64,000 nucleotides of DNA from Psammoneis japonica (lineage: Eukaryota): positions 1 through 64,000 of the forward strand of contig QPGO01000248.1 in the NCBI GenBank assembly GCA_008632985.1, read 5' to 3'. Positions within the stretch are counted from its first letter, which is position 1. Every line of letters begins with the position of its first letter. Positions 31,961-42,608 of the stretch are shown here, piece by piece. The position numbers were made by a program, and so were the translations under genes. The notes below the pieces were generated by a model. The model did not search any database, was not told where the DNA came from, and saw nothing but the letters and a program-made list of their open reading frames with translations.

Positions 31961-32130
31961 CAGACTCATCGTAGCTTTAGCAGCAGACTCATCGTAGCTT
32001 TAGCACGGCGGCAGGCAGGTAAAAAATAAAACATATATCCTGGCAGCGAGTTCTGGCCGCCGTCCGCAGCCCAACCACAACAATAGCAATAACCGGCAAC
32101 CTGGAACCTTCAATCTCTATCCAAAACACC

Positions 32131-33417
32131 ATGGCCGGTTCACGTGGACCTGAGCAATCGTCGGCCAGTCGAGGACAACCCAAAGGCACTCTTCGGTCAA
32201 ACGATCCCGAAAAGGAACAATCAGGAGAAAGCATATATGTATCTCGAAGGCGCAGCTCGAAAAACGAAAAGTGGCCAGGAAAGATTCCGTATGAAGATTT
32301 TGGCTTGTTTGACCTTGCAGCGGCAGCTGCCGCTCCAAAACGATCTTTTTTTTCGTTGCGGAACGCGCTCGGAGCGACTGTGATACTGTATATCCTCAAT
32401 CAAAAGCACTGTTTACCAAGGCCACTCGGATCTATCGTTAGCAAATGTCTGTTTTGGCCGACGCTCCCCATTACGGTTTCTCGACGAATCGGAAAGTGGA
32501 CAACCGAGGTAGATGATACAGTGCTACTGGGAGGGGCACCGTTTGGGTTTGCAAATTTTCCTGAGCGTCTTTATAAGAAAGGCGTAAGTAAATTTCAAGT
32601 TGTTGGAGTTATATAGTCGAAGCATTGACTATGGGACGATTTCGTTGCTCACGGTACATACCTTTTTTTCTTTGCAGGTGAGGGGTGTGGTCAACATGTG
32701 TGATGAATATCGGGGTCCAACAAAAAAATATGAAAAGCTAGGTATGACTCAACTTAGACTTAGAACAGTTGATCATTTCTCTCCTTCTGCGGAAGATCTC
32801 AAGGTAATTTGTCTGTGACATACTGGCTGTTTTGTACCGCTAGTTTTCTCATTTCCTCCTGCTGTGCGTTTATACAGAGCGCCGTTGCGTTCATTAGGGA
32901 ACACGAAGCAAAAGGGAAGCGTGTATATGTACATTGTCGGGCTGGCCATGGTCGCTCGGCAGCAGCAGTCTTTGCTTGGCTTTTGTATAAACACCCTCTT
33001 GCCGACCCGCAAGATCTCAATCGTGAACTCCTTGAACTACGTGATGTGCGCAAGACGTTGTGGAAGCAACCCAGTGTTATTGAGTTTGACAACTGGCTTA
33101 GGACAGGAGGATCGTTTGGTCCGTATCGTAGAAGAAAATATCCGAACGTAAGGAGAATTCTTGGCATGGAGTATGACAGCGACTACGAGAGCGAAGACAC
33201 GTTCAAAGACGAGAGCGAGGAAGCACCTGAGACGCCACTGTCAACACTCGAGCGCAACTATATAGATAGGATGATCGAAGACTTTGAGGTTTTCGATGAT
33301 GATGATGACATTTTGGACATAGAACGAAGAACGAACGGATTTAGCGATATGAGCAGGCCCAGACGCAATGACTACGATGCAGACTTTTGGGACGACAGTT
33401 CCGATGGCGAGTTTTAA
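32131..33417 (+). CDS. PTPMT1: Dual-specificity phosphatase, PTPMT1-like (phosphatidylglycerophosphatase); introns 32584-32677 and 32804-32877
   Basis: LFWPTLP, VDDTVLLGGAPF, VRGVVNMCDEY, TVDHFSP and the P-loop VYVHCRAGHGRSA. GT-AG introns restore the frame. Confidence 0.85.
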
Positions 33418-33917
33418 ACTACATCAAAGGCTCTTTATGGTGCTGTAAGTCTCAAACTCGCTTTGACACTATGTGCCGTCTACCAACGTTTCTGAATAGT
33501 CGTGCCTTTGTCCGTTTTGACGGCCCAACCACCGTAGTGGTGACTACTTTGACGAAGAATGAAAGGCAGAAGTGCACTGGTGGTTGTACTCGCATTACCG
33601 AAGAGCAACTGCGATACGTTTTAAAAAGAAGAACCCGAACATCATGCATTGGAGCATCGGCGACCGTGATACTGAATCATGTTGTGTGGTGCGTGTTCCA
33701 AGACTACCGGTCGCCCGGGACATGCGCTTCGGAGGTTTGAGTCGTGCATTCATTCTGGTCTACGTAGATTATACGCAGTCCCGGTACGGCCAACAGGACT
33801 CAACGGATGGGTGGCGGATCCAAGACCCTAACCACGATCTCTTGACTTTTTGACACGCAGGCAACGCAGCATCGCCTCACAAATCCCTGCGTGTATCCTT
33901 CAACAACAGATGACACC

Positions 33918-36350
33918 ATGGTATCTTTTATAAGGCTGCTATCGCCAAGAGTCTCGTTTCGACCAGTTTTGCTTTCACTGATGGTTGCTGCAGCGAAATG
34001 TGGGACGACAACGTTGGAGAAGAAAGATTGCGAAGCGCATGCGAAAGCGCCAGAAGTATGCGTACTGCCCAAGGAGAAATCTCTCTGTCGTCATGGATTT
34101 GTAGAGTCGTGCACCTCTGCTGTATGTTACGATTCGGGCGCTCTTTGTCAGTCCATGGAACCTGCGGAACTGGGCTTTTTAGCGATCTGCTTGGCATCCG
34201 AAGCACTTTCCATGAATTCAAATTGCGAGTGCCTTTTCTGCAAAGACGCAGAATCCGACCGCCTTGGCGCAACAGAGTGCTATGGAGAAGGCAATGCTAT
34301 CGATGTGGCCGAGCCAGTCAGAGGCAATTGTGAGGCTGGAGGGTGTTGCAACCCAGAGCTTCCGTTGTGTGAATTGGAACGCTACTTCCACTTTATGTCG
34401 CTCGCATATGGTGTTGACCAAGGAAGGAAATCGGAGTGTTCCAGCTCGCTTGACTATTTCGGGCCCAATCACGACTGCACAGTGCTGTCAGATGGAAAGA
34501 ACAATGAAGCAATTGTCTGTTCTAGCGCAAAAGTCACTCAAGATCCCAAGCAAGAGAAAGACTTCTGTGACATCACCTTCTCCGGTACAAACGACGCGGT
34601 GGACGTCTTGCGCGAGCTGTTTCATTTGTTTGCGCCGACAAAGGGTCGTACGGTCACATTTGGTACGGGCGAGAATCAAGTATCCGTCAATGCGTTGGAG
34701 ATGCTTGCGGAGATTGCATTGGGGAGTGAAGAAGATGACATGGACGGAATAATGGAGATTGCGTACTCAGCTGCAAGGGACAAGGGGTGTTTCACTAGAG
34801 ATGGAGCTGCTATTCATTTGATGGCCCATAGCTTGGGTGCGGTTGTGGCGAATTTCTTCGCCCTTCGCGTTAGCGCCGAGTACCCAGAAGTCTTTGTAAA
34901 GATGACCTCCTCGGGCGAACCTGCCGTTTTGCTGGAGCCTCTGCAAGGCAAAGCCGCAACTCTACCGGTTTGGCAGAATAAAGAACGCTACATCAACGGT
35001 CGGGTACTCCCACGAGGACAGATATTCGATGAAATTCTTCTACCCCGTGAATACGGAATATACCAGGACTATTGTTGGGTATCTCAGTCTGTCCCTGGCG
35101 GCTTCGTCATGCAAAACGAAGAAACAGAAGTATTCTTCCTCTGTGAGGCTAAACGAGATCAGTCCATAGAGTACTTCATTGCAGGGCGTGAAGGTTGCGC
35201 AGCTGGACGAGACGATGTCTTGAATGACATGCCAAGCTTCCCGCATAAAGGCGCTATTGAGTTCCTGCCGAATGAAAATGTGGCGCAGAGATTGTTGGAC
35301 ATCCTAAAAGACAGACTGGAATCTCGGGGGATGGATCAGCTTGTTGATGTGGTGGACTTCTTCAATGTTGTCTTGACCGTTGCAGACGAAAACTACAGAG
35401 ACGCATTCTTCCAACTATTGGAGTTGCATTTCATCCGTCGTTCCATGCACACTCTGAACCGAATATCCCAAAATGGTATGGAATGTGATGCAGTCGGCGT
35501 GTCGAACACGCTCCCTGATCCTGTTCGCAGGCCTTGCAGTGGCACGCCTTCGTTCTTTTGCTTTTCTGAAGATGTCACTGTCGAAGAGAAGACCAAAGGA
35601 GCAATACAGATGCGAGACTTGAAAATCGGTGACATGGTAATGAACGCCAATGGTGTATTCGACAAGGTGTACAGCTTCGGCCACTACGACCCCCATGTCA
35701 ACGGAGCTTATCTCCAACTGTACGTGAGCGGTGTCGAGAAGCCCATTGAGCTCTCCAAGGAGCACATGGTTTTTGTTGCAGGGTCTGCTGTTCCCGCATC
35801 GACCATATCAGTCGGTGACAAACTTGACTTGGCAAACGGAGGCACAGGAGAAGTTCGAAAGAAGCGAGAAATTGTTGCCACTGGGGCCTTCGCGCCCTTT
35901 ACAACATCTGGTACAATTTCCATCAACGGCGTTGCCGCTTCTTCCTATGTTTCCCTTCAAGAAGATTCTTCCTTCCTTCGTATCGGTAAATACAATACTT
36001 TTTTGTCGATGCAAATGCTGGCGCACGTGTTTACGTCTCCGAAAAGGCTGGCGTGTCATCTGCTAGAAAACCTTTGCGAGAACGAGTCATACACTGAAGA
36101 AGGTGTCTCTACATGGGTTTCAGGTCTGTATCGACTCGGTAGGTGGATGCTAGAGCAAAAGCCGATCGTTTTCACTACTTGCTTTACCCCCCTTTTCATG
36201 ATTGGTCTTCTGCTGTGCGTCATTAAGTTTCTTGTTTTGCATTGCTGGGTCCTGTTGGCAGGAATTTGCATGTTTTGGTTTACGTCATGCTTGAGCTCAA
36301 AATCCATTTCAAAGCTCACAGGGAGACGGTCTCAGCCTGCAGTACAATAG
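33918..36350 (+). CDS. Secreted/membrane class-3 lipase-like domain fused to a Hedgehog-type Hint (Hog) module
   Basis: Signal peptide, Cys-rich region, ITFSGTND and HLMAHSLGA lipase motifs. The Hint module starts at Cys codon 35559 (CFSEDVTV..MRDLKIGDMV..LSKEHMVFV..GAFAPFTTSGTISINGVAASSY) and is followed by hydrophobic helices. Confidence 0.85.
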   Translation: MVSFIRLLSPRVSFRPVLLSLMVAAAKCGTTTLEKKDCEAHAKAPEVCVLPKEKSLCRHGFVESCTSAVCYDSGALCQSMEPAELGFLAICLASEALSMNSNCECLFCKDAESDRLGATECYGEGNAIDVAEPVRGNCEAGGCCNPELPLCELERYFHFMSLAYGVDQGRKSECSSSLDYFGPNHDCTVLSDGKNNEAIVCSSAKVTQDPKQEKDFCDITFSGTNDAVDVLRELFHLFAPTKGRTVTFGTGENQVSVNALEMLAEIALGSEEDDMDGIMEIAYSAARDKGCFTRDGAAIHLMAHSLGAVVANFFALRVSAEYPEVFVKMTSSGEPAVLLEPLQGKAATLPVWQNKERYINGRVLPRGQIFDEILLPREYGIYQDYCWVSQSVPGGFVMQNEETEVFFLCEAKRDQSIEYFIAGREGCAAGRDDVLNDMPSFPHKGAIEFLPNENVAQRLLDILKDRLESRGMDQLVDVVDFFNVVLTVADENYRDAFFQLLELHFIRRSMHTLNRISQNGMECDAVGVSNTLPDPVRRPCSGTPSFFCFSEDVTVEEKTKGAIQMRDLKIGDMVMNANGVFDKVYSFGHYDPHVNGAYLQLYVSGVEKPIELSKEHMVFVAGSAVPASTISVGDKLDLANGGTGEVRKKREIVATGAFAPFTTSGTISINGVAASSYVSLQEDSSFLRIGKYNTFLSMQMLAHVFTSPKRLACHLLENLCENESYTEEGVSTWVSGLYRLGRWMLEQKPIVFTTCFTPLFMIGLLLCVIKFLVLHCWVLLAGICMFWFTSCLSSKSISKLTGRRSQPAVQ

Positions 36351-36606
36351 AGTAACTTAGTCAACCGTTTCATCTTCGGATGCATAACAGGTTTCAATTT
36401 TCTTGGCTCGTCTACTTTCCAAATTTAATCAACAGTCTGTCTGTGCTCAGCTCACAACTCACAAAAGTTCCCGCCAAGAAAACGTCATCATCCAAAATAT
36501 CCTGCATCCTGCCGACTTCGACGAAAGAGGAAGCCATTGTGTGATGTTCAATTAAGCGTGGTTTAGGAGGCAACGTGACGCTTCGGTTGAGAAAAGAAGC
36601 AGCTTA

Positions 36607-37521
36607 ATGTATCTTGTCATCTCCTGCCTTTTCATAATTGGCTTTTCCCGCCAATGTGAGGCGCTTTTTGGAGGCAGTGCGTTCACCGCAAAGAAAGCTA
36701 CGTCAGAGACGAGATACACTGCATTGAATCTATTCTTTGCGGACGAGTCAACGTCCAGCGATTCTTCTGTCAAAATCATACCTTCTTTGGGAGATGAATC
36801 CTCGATTGAAAAAGCCGCAGCATTCATGGTGGACGCATTCTGGTTGAACTCTCCTCAGAATTTGGTGATGGTGACTGGTGAAGAGAGTAGTTCAGTCGAG
36901 GTTGCTGTTTCCGACGCAACGAGGACCGCGTTGATTGCCACCCAGGCTCAAGATTTGAACGACAAGTATGGCGAACGAATGGGAAAGAGACTTCTAGACT
37001 CGTGCCTTTTGACCGCCTTTTCACAAGACGATACAGAAGAAATTCTCGGCATGGTAGGAATGGAAGTTTGTCTAATTGACAAGCGGGCAGAACAAATAGT
37101 CAATCCGGATGTTGCAGAGACCATGGTCAAGAATGCGGTTGCATCATTAGGGCCAAAGCAGAGGCGTCAGTACAAGGACAGTCCTTTAGAAGAACTCGTT
37201 TTGGAACTTCTCCCGCCTCATGTGCAGGCGGTGTGTTGCCTGTCGAATCTAGGAGTATCTCCAAATGCAAGAAGGAAAGGAATCGCTGTGTTATTATGCA
37301 ATGAAGCCGAACGAATAGCAGCAGTTGAATGGGGCTTCGACAATATGTATCTAAAGGTGGAAAGTGCAAATACGGCCGCTCGATACCTCTATGAGAAAAA
37401 ACTGGGCTACTCGATTGTGTACGAAAACAAAGCAGCCACGGCGATTCGCGTGAACCCAGAACAAGGTGACTTTATCGAGACTCAGGCCGATACATTGATT
37501 CTATCAAAAGATCTTAATTGA
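36607..37521 (+). CDS. GNAT-family acetyltransferase, probably plastid-targeted
   Basis: LSNLGVSPNARRKGIA (acetyl-CoA motif A) and LKVESANTAARYLYEKKLGY. Signal peptide ending CEA-LF followed by a Ser/Thr-rich transit-like stretch. Confidence 0.85.
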   Translation: MYLVISCLFIIGFSRQCEALFGGSAFTAKKATSETRYTALNLFFADESTSSDSSVKIIPSLGDESSIEKAAAFMVDAFWLNSPQNLVMVTGEESSSVEVAVSDATRTALIATQAQDLNDKYGERMGKRLLDSCLLTAFSQDDTEEILGMVGMEVCLIDKRAEQIVNPDVAETMVKNAVASLGPKQRRQYKDSPLEELVLELLPPHVQAVCCLSNLGVSPNARRKGIAVLLCNEAERIAAVEWGFDNMYLKVESANTAARYLYEKKLGYSIVYENKAATAIRVNPEQGDFIETQADTLILSKDLN

Positions 37522-37617
37522 TCTTTGTCACTGCATGTACGAGGTTATGAAATCCTTTCAACTTAACAACTGATTACTATGTATTTTTCTAACTTCTAAA
37601 CGACAAAATGGTGGTTC

Positions 37618-38450
37618 CTAATCGATATCCTTTCGACCCGATCCGGGAACCGCCTTCATGGTGTACATGAGGACATGAGCTACGTTGCCACCTTCCGTTT
37701 CCTCCACCTTGGTGGCTTCAATTTCAAGCGTTCCACCGTTGCCTGTAATCTCGCAAGCATCATACTTGTGAAGCTGCTTCCCATTTACCTTGACCTCTCC
37801 TTCAATACAAAGGAGATACGCTTGCCTATCCTCCGAGATATCCAATGACACTTTAGATCCAAGGTCCAATTCCGTAGCATAGCAGTCCACATCTTGATTG
37901 ATTTCCACAGGTGTAGATGTCGACTCATCCTTGACATTCGAAACTAAATGATGCAGCTTGTTCTTTCTCTCATCGGCGGAGCCAGAACACGAACCATAAT
38001 TGGGCATCAAGCCTCTCGCAGCCGGATTGATCCATGTCTGTATGAATCTGAGAGGCTTATCGCCGTGGTTAAACTCCGAATGACGCACTCCTGTACCGGC
38101 CGTCATGAATTGGATACTTCCGCGACCAAGAGATTCCTTGGTTCCCATGCTGTCTTGATGAGTGAGCTCGCCGTCGACGATATACGTGATGATTTCCATC
38201 TCTTGATGACCATGAGTGCCGAATCCACGATGCGGTTGAACCAAGTCATCATTCATGACACGCAAACTCCAAAGTTGGTGTTGGCGTAACTGTTGTACTC
38301 GGCAAAGGAGAAATGAAACCTGGATTTCAACCAGTTTTCGTTCGTCCAAGCTGGATCGTTTGCTTCATTGGGTCCGTTTCCGAACCAGGAAGGATTAGGC
38401 TCAGATACGTAGAGTTTGCTGGACGGGATAACCTTGATGGATGGCGTCAT
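37618..38450 (-). CDS. Pirin-like (YhhW/quercetinase-like) cupin; apparent 1-bp frameshift at 38264-38266
   Basis: WLKSRFHFSFAEY..NFGV in one frame continues as LRVMNDD..GFGTHGHQEMEIITY..HQDSMG..MTAGTGVRHSE in another. Confidence 0.85.
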
Positions 38451-39006
38451 GCTGCTGCAGGTTGTTGAAAGAGCGGAGGCGTGTTGCGGACTGGTACAGA
38501 AAAGAGCTGCTGTGGTGAATGCGGTTGCAAGCGGACGTCGCTGCAAGTTGAATACTTTCTTTGAGAGAAAAATTGTTGCGGTGATGTGATGTGTCGTCAA
38601 AGACGCAAATCAGAAATTATGAGACTTGTTTCGACTTGCTCCATCGACAAGGGACGCTTCGTTTTCAGCGTTGGCCATCGTGTCTCGGCGTTACGGTGTC
38701 AGTCGCCGACGGAGATGACGTCATCGTCGCGCGTTCTTTTTCGAGCGTGTGCGCGCGTTCCTCGTGCTTTCTCAATCTGAAATCGGCTTTTGCGCTTTGA
38801 AGCTCTCTTTTCGATTTGCTTTTCGCTTTATTTCGATCGACTTCCAAAAACCAATCACAACATGAAGCATTGCGACATTAACCTTGCATGAACCATTAAA
38901 GGCAACAACCTGGTGAAGTTCTTGTCACAAAAACCGAAAACAAAGTGAAACAAAAGGCGAATTGGTCGGTAGATTAAAAAAAATCCCTCTGTACAAACAA
39001 AAAATA

Positions 39007-40517
39007 ATGTCGCAACCGACCTTTGAAGTACAGTTGGCAGTGTACGACTTGTCCCAAGGAATGGCACGAGGTCTATCGGCACAGTTCTTGGGTCCTGACC
39101 ATGCCATTGATATTATCCCACACACTGGAATCGTGGTTTACGGGCTCGAGTACTTTTTTGGTGGCGGTATTCAAGCGGCTGATCCGATGCTCTTCCGTCA
39201 AAGTCGCCAGATGTACCCGATTGAAGTTCAGAATCTGGGCCGCACGACCGTAACAAAAGCTGAATTTGAAGCATGGTGTCAGAATGCAACGAGGACTGGC
39301 GAGTACAATGCCATGGCGTACGATTTGCTATCTAGAAATTGCAACAACTTTTCCCACGACGCTGCCATTAGAGGCCTCAGTTTGTCTCGAGGAGTTCCTG
39401 ATTGGATCCTTCAAGTACCTCAGAGATTTCTGTCGTCTCCCATGGGTCAAATGATCCGCCCAATGTTGGAGCAAATGCAAGTGACTGGCGGTGCGTCAGC
39501 GAATAATGCACCTTTTGCAAACGAAACCACGGCAAGTCCCGTTGTAGCTTCGCCAGTAGTAGTATGTCGTCTGTGTCGGCAGAAAATAATCCTTGGGCCA
39601 ACATGCCTGCAAAGAAGGAGAGCAGTTCCAGCGAGGCTCCCAAACCAAAACCAATTTCAACTCCAGTTTTGGATGCACACAATCGTCCACTTCTCTCCAA
39701 TGATACCAAAGTCGTCAGTGCGTGTGTCTCCAAGCTCACAAAATCGCTAGAGGCTGATAGCGAAGTTAAGGCGCTACAGGACCTTTCGCAGGCTCTAACA
39801 AAAGGAGCCAAGCCATCCGATGAGGTCTTGGAGGACGGTTGTCGAGTTATATTAAAGATGGTAAAGGGTGGCGGTTCAGACGTGGTTTTTGCGCTCATGC
39901 TGTTCCGGTTGGTGGCTCTGTATCCACCTTGTAGTGCAGGCGACATGAAAGATTCGGCGTTTGGAAAATGCATGGAATGGCTTTGTGAAACCATTCGACG
40001 ACAAGGCGATGCCTTGAGTGTTTCGGCAAGAGCAATTTCCTGGTGCACGTTGAGCAATGCGTACACGACGTGTCCGTCATGTGTATCGCCTCTGGACGAT
40101 ATTATTGAAACTGCCATGACGGATCTGAATCCAGAGACTCAATCGAGATCAGAGGTACGTCAATCCGTAGCAGCTTTACTGTACAACATTGCACACGAGC
40201 AGAGTCCTTTGGCGGATCATGCCAGTCAAGAACTACCCGACCTTCTTGTGTCACTGCTTTGTGGATCGCTCGACGGAATTGATGCAGAGACCGATGCCAC
40301 GACGTGTCTTCGTCGGATGCTGGTTGCTGCAAGGATAGTCAAGCCAGGAAAAGATGACGACTCGGTTATCAACGGTGCGGCCAAGTCTCTGATAATTGAC
40401 CTTGGATTTACGGATGCGGTGAAAAGTGTCACGACGCAACATTCGAAGGACAGCACCGACTTTGGAAAGGTGAAGGAGCTCGCGAGGAACTTCAAACGCT
40501 TGTGGAGAACTAGCTAA
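39007..40517 (+). CDS. PPPDE/DeSI-1-like desumoylating isopeptidase with C-terminal PUL-like helical domain; apparent frameshift between 39507 and 39563
   Basis: VYDLSQGMA, HTGIVVYGLEYFFGGG and YDLLSRNCNNFS (His/Cys dyad). The downstream frame (NPWAN..VAALLYNIA) looks like the usual helical continuation. Confidence 0.8.
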
Positions 40518-40543
40518 TGTAGCAGACTAGCTTTCATTAGTTG

Positions 40544-41683
40544 TTAATTATGTCGTTGAAAAAAAGATTGATCATGCGCCCAGACAACAGAGTTGCCGTC
40601 GTAGCTTGCCGTGACAAGCACGGATGAGTGCTGCCTATCAGGATGTGCCGCTACAGAGCATGTCGGACGTTTGTGACCATCTAATGATTGCACCATGTTG
40701 CCCTTGACCAAATCATAAATGACCACATTGCCGTCTTCGGAACCAGAAACGACGTGCGCATCGTCCGCTGTGAAGCAACATTGCAACGAATAATTCCCCG
40801 CAACATGGTGAGACACATACGTGTTGAGGAGTTCCCCAGTATCTTGCTCTAATAAGCGAATTGTCCCGTCCAAGCACGACACTGCCAAACATTGCCCATC
40901 ATGGGTCGGTGCCATGCTGGTAATGGCACTACCCACGTCATCACATTTGACCTGCCCCATTCGCAAGTCGTACGTTCTCACGGTTCCATCCACAGACGCG
41001 GTTCGAATCAGAGCAAGTTCCTCGTTCTGTACGACATGGACATCTGTCACCGAGTCCTTGGCTTCCTTTAGTATCTGAATCGGCTCAAAGCTCCGGCTCC
41101 TACCGTCCCAAACTCGCACGGTTCCGTCGTAGGCGGCAGACAAGTATGTTTCGCATGCCTTGGACACAGCAACCGCATTGATTCGTCCGACATGTCCCTG
41201 GAAGCGTCGTTTTATCTTTTTGCTAATCACATCCGTCACAACTAGAGTTTTATCAGAGGACGATACCAGTGTAGTGGATCCGTCGTCTATGCAAATTGCA
41301 GAAACAGCATGTGTGTGACCATCGGAATAGGTTTGAATGGGAAGGGCTCGTGGAAGAGATTCTACAGGAATATCATCCGTTTTAGAAGGTGGGGCCCCCA
41401 TTGCAGACGAAGAAAACGCAGGGTCTATCCGAGAGGGGTTCCATAATCGTACTGTTCGATCCTGACCTGCGGTGAAGCAGTACTTTCCGTCACCTAAAAA
41501 AAACAAATGATTAGATTGAATATAAGAGCTGCATCAAACAGTAGCAGAGAAGTCTAATGCAAACAATCAGTACGTACTCGTGAATCGAACAGCCTGAACG
41601 GGACCCTCATGCCCAACCAGTCGCGCAACCGGAAGCGATGGGAGAGAGTCGGGAACGTTTTTACGTTGGTGAGAAGCTCTCAT
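40544..41683 (-). CDS. WDR83: WD40-repeat protein WDR83/MORG1-like; intron 41494-41577
   Basis: GHEGPVQAVRFT/SDGKYCFTAGQDRTVRLWNP, WDGRSRSFEPIQIL..AKDSVT, DGTVRTYDLRMG and SGSEDG. Confidence 0.85.
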
Positions 41684-42608
41684 GATGCCGCAAATAACAC
41701 TTTGTTCCGTCGAAACATCTGCCAACCTCTCTTCCCGCCACGCAACTTTTTTACAACTTTGCTTGCAATGTCGTCTCCTCAATCACAGAGTTTGGGATGC
41801 TATTCGTCGCTACCGTATCGGTAGACTATCTCTATCGTCTTGCCAGTTTGGAAATTAATCATATCATCAAGTCTTGCATCAGAGCGTCTGTCATGTGTTC
41901 CAATCGGGAGAGACGACAACACGCAGCAAACTGCGACGAACTTCCTCTATCTACACTCGCTCGTGGCTTTTTATTAACAAATCAACTATTGGCTCTCCAC
42001 ATGAATTTTGCTGTAAGTATCATTTACAGCAAAATGGGTTGTGTATGGAGTATGAATATGGACCAAGTTTTCATGGAGGACGACTGCGTTTTTGCGCGGG
42101 AAAAATGTGAGACGAAACTGGCGAATTCATATCAATGTATATATGTTTTAAGGTTAAATTTTATATTTCTTAAAGCATGTGTTAAGATGAAATTTTTATG
42201 CAGTATTAAAATTTGTATATATGTTGATCTTGGAAACCTCAAATTAGTATACATCCTCTGTTTGTCTATAACATTTATGCTTTTATTGAAGCTTTTTAAG
42301 CAGAATTATCCAGTATGCTTGTACTTTGTCCGTTGGAACGTTTACGGTTGATTGATTGAAAGGCGCTCCTCGCTCAACCCGCTCTTTCTCTTCACACACT
42401 GACGCCAGCGTGGACCATGACGAAGCTGCAAACAAGTGTCGAGTACGGTGTATATTGATTGATAACTGTTTGAATTGCTAGCAAACAATATAGAAAAGAA
42501 GAAGAGGAAGTTTGGATTAAAAAAGTGCAAAGAAAGAGCTTCCGGTAAACCGGAAACAAGTCGCTTCCCTGAGACACGGAATTCACATTTTTGAGTGTCT
42601 ACAACAGC

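Noticed and set aside
38253..38290. Programmed frameshift in the pirin gene
   Set aside because: One missing base in a short homopolymer (38264-38266) explains it. A sequencing error or recent null allele is more likely; no slippery-site context was seen.
39507..39563. Programmed frameshift or micro-intron in PPPDE-PUL
   Set aside because: No convincing splice pair or slippery site; probably an indel error. Needs reads to settle.
41797..42351. 184-aa ORF
   Set aside because: Lies in a divergent promoter and AT-rich region, with no motifs and atypical composition.
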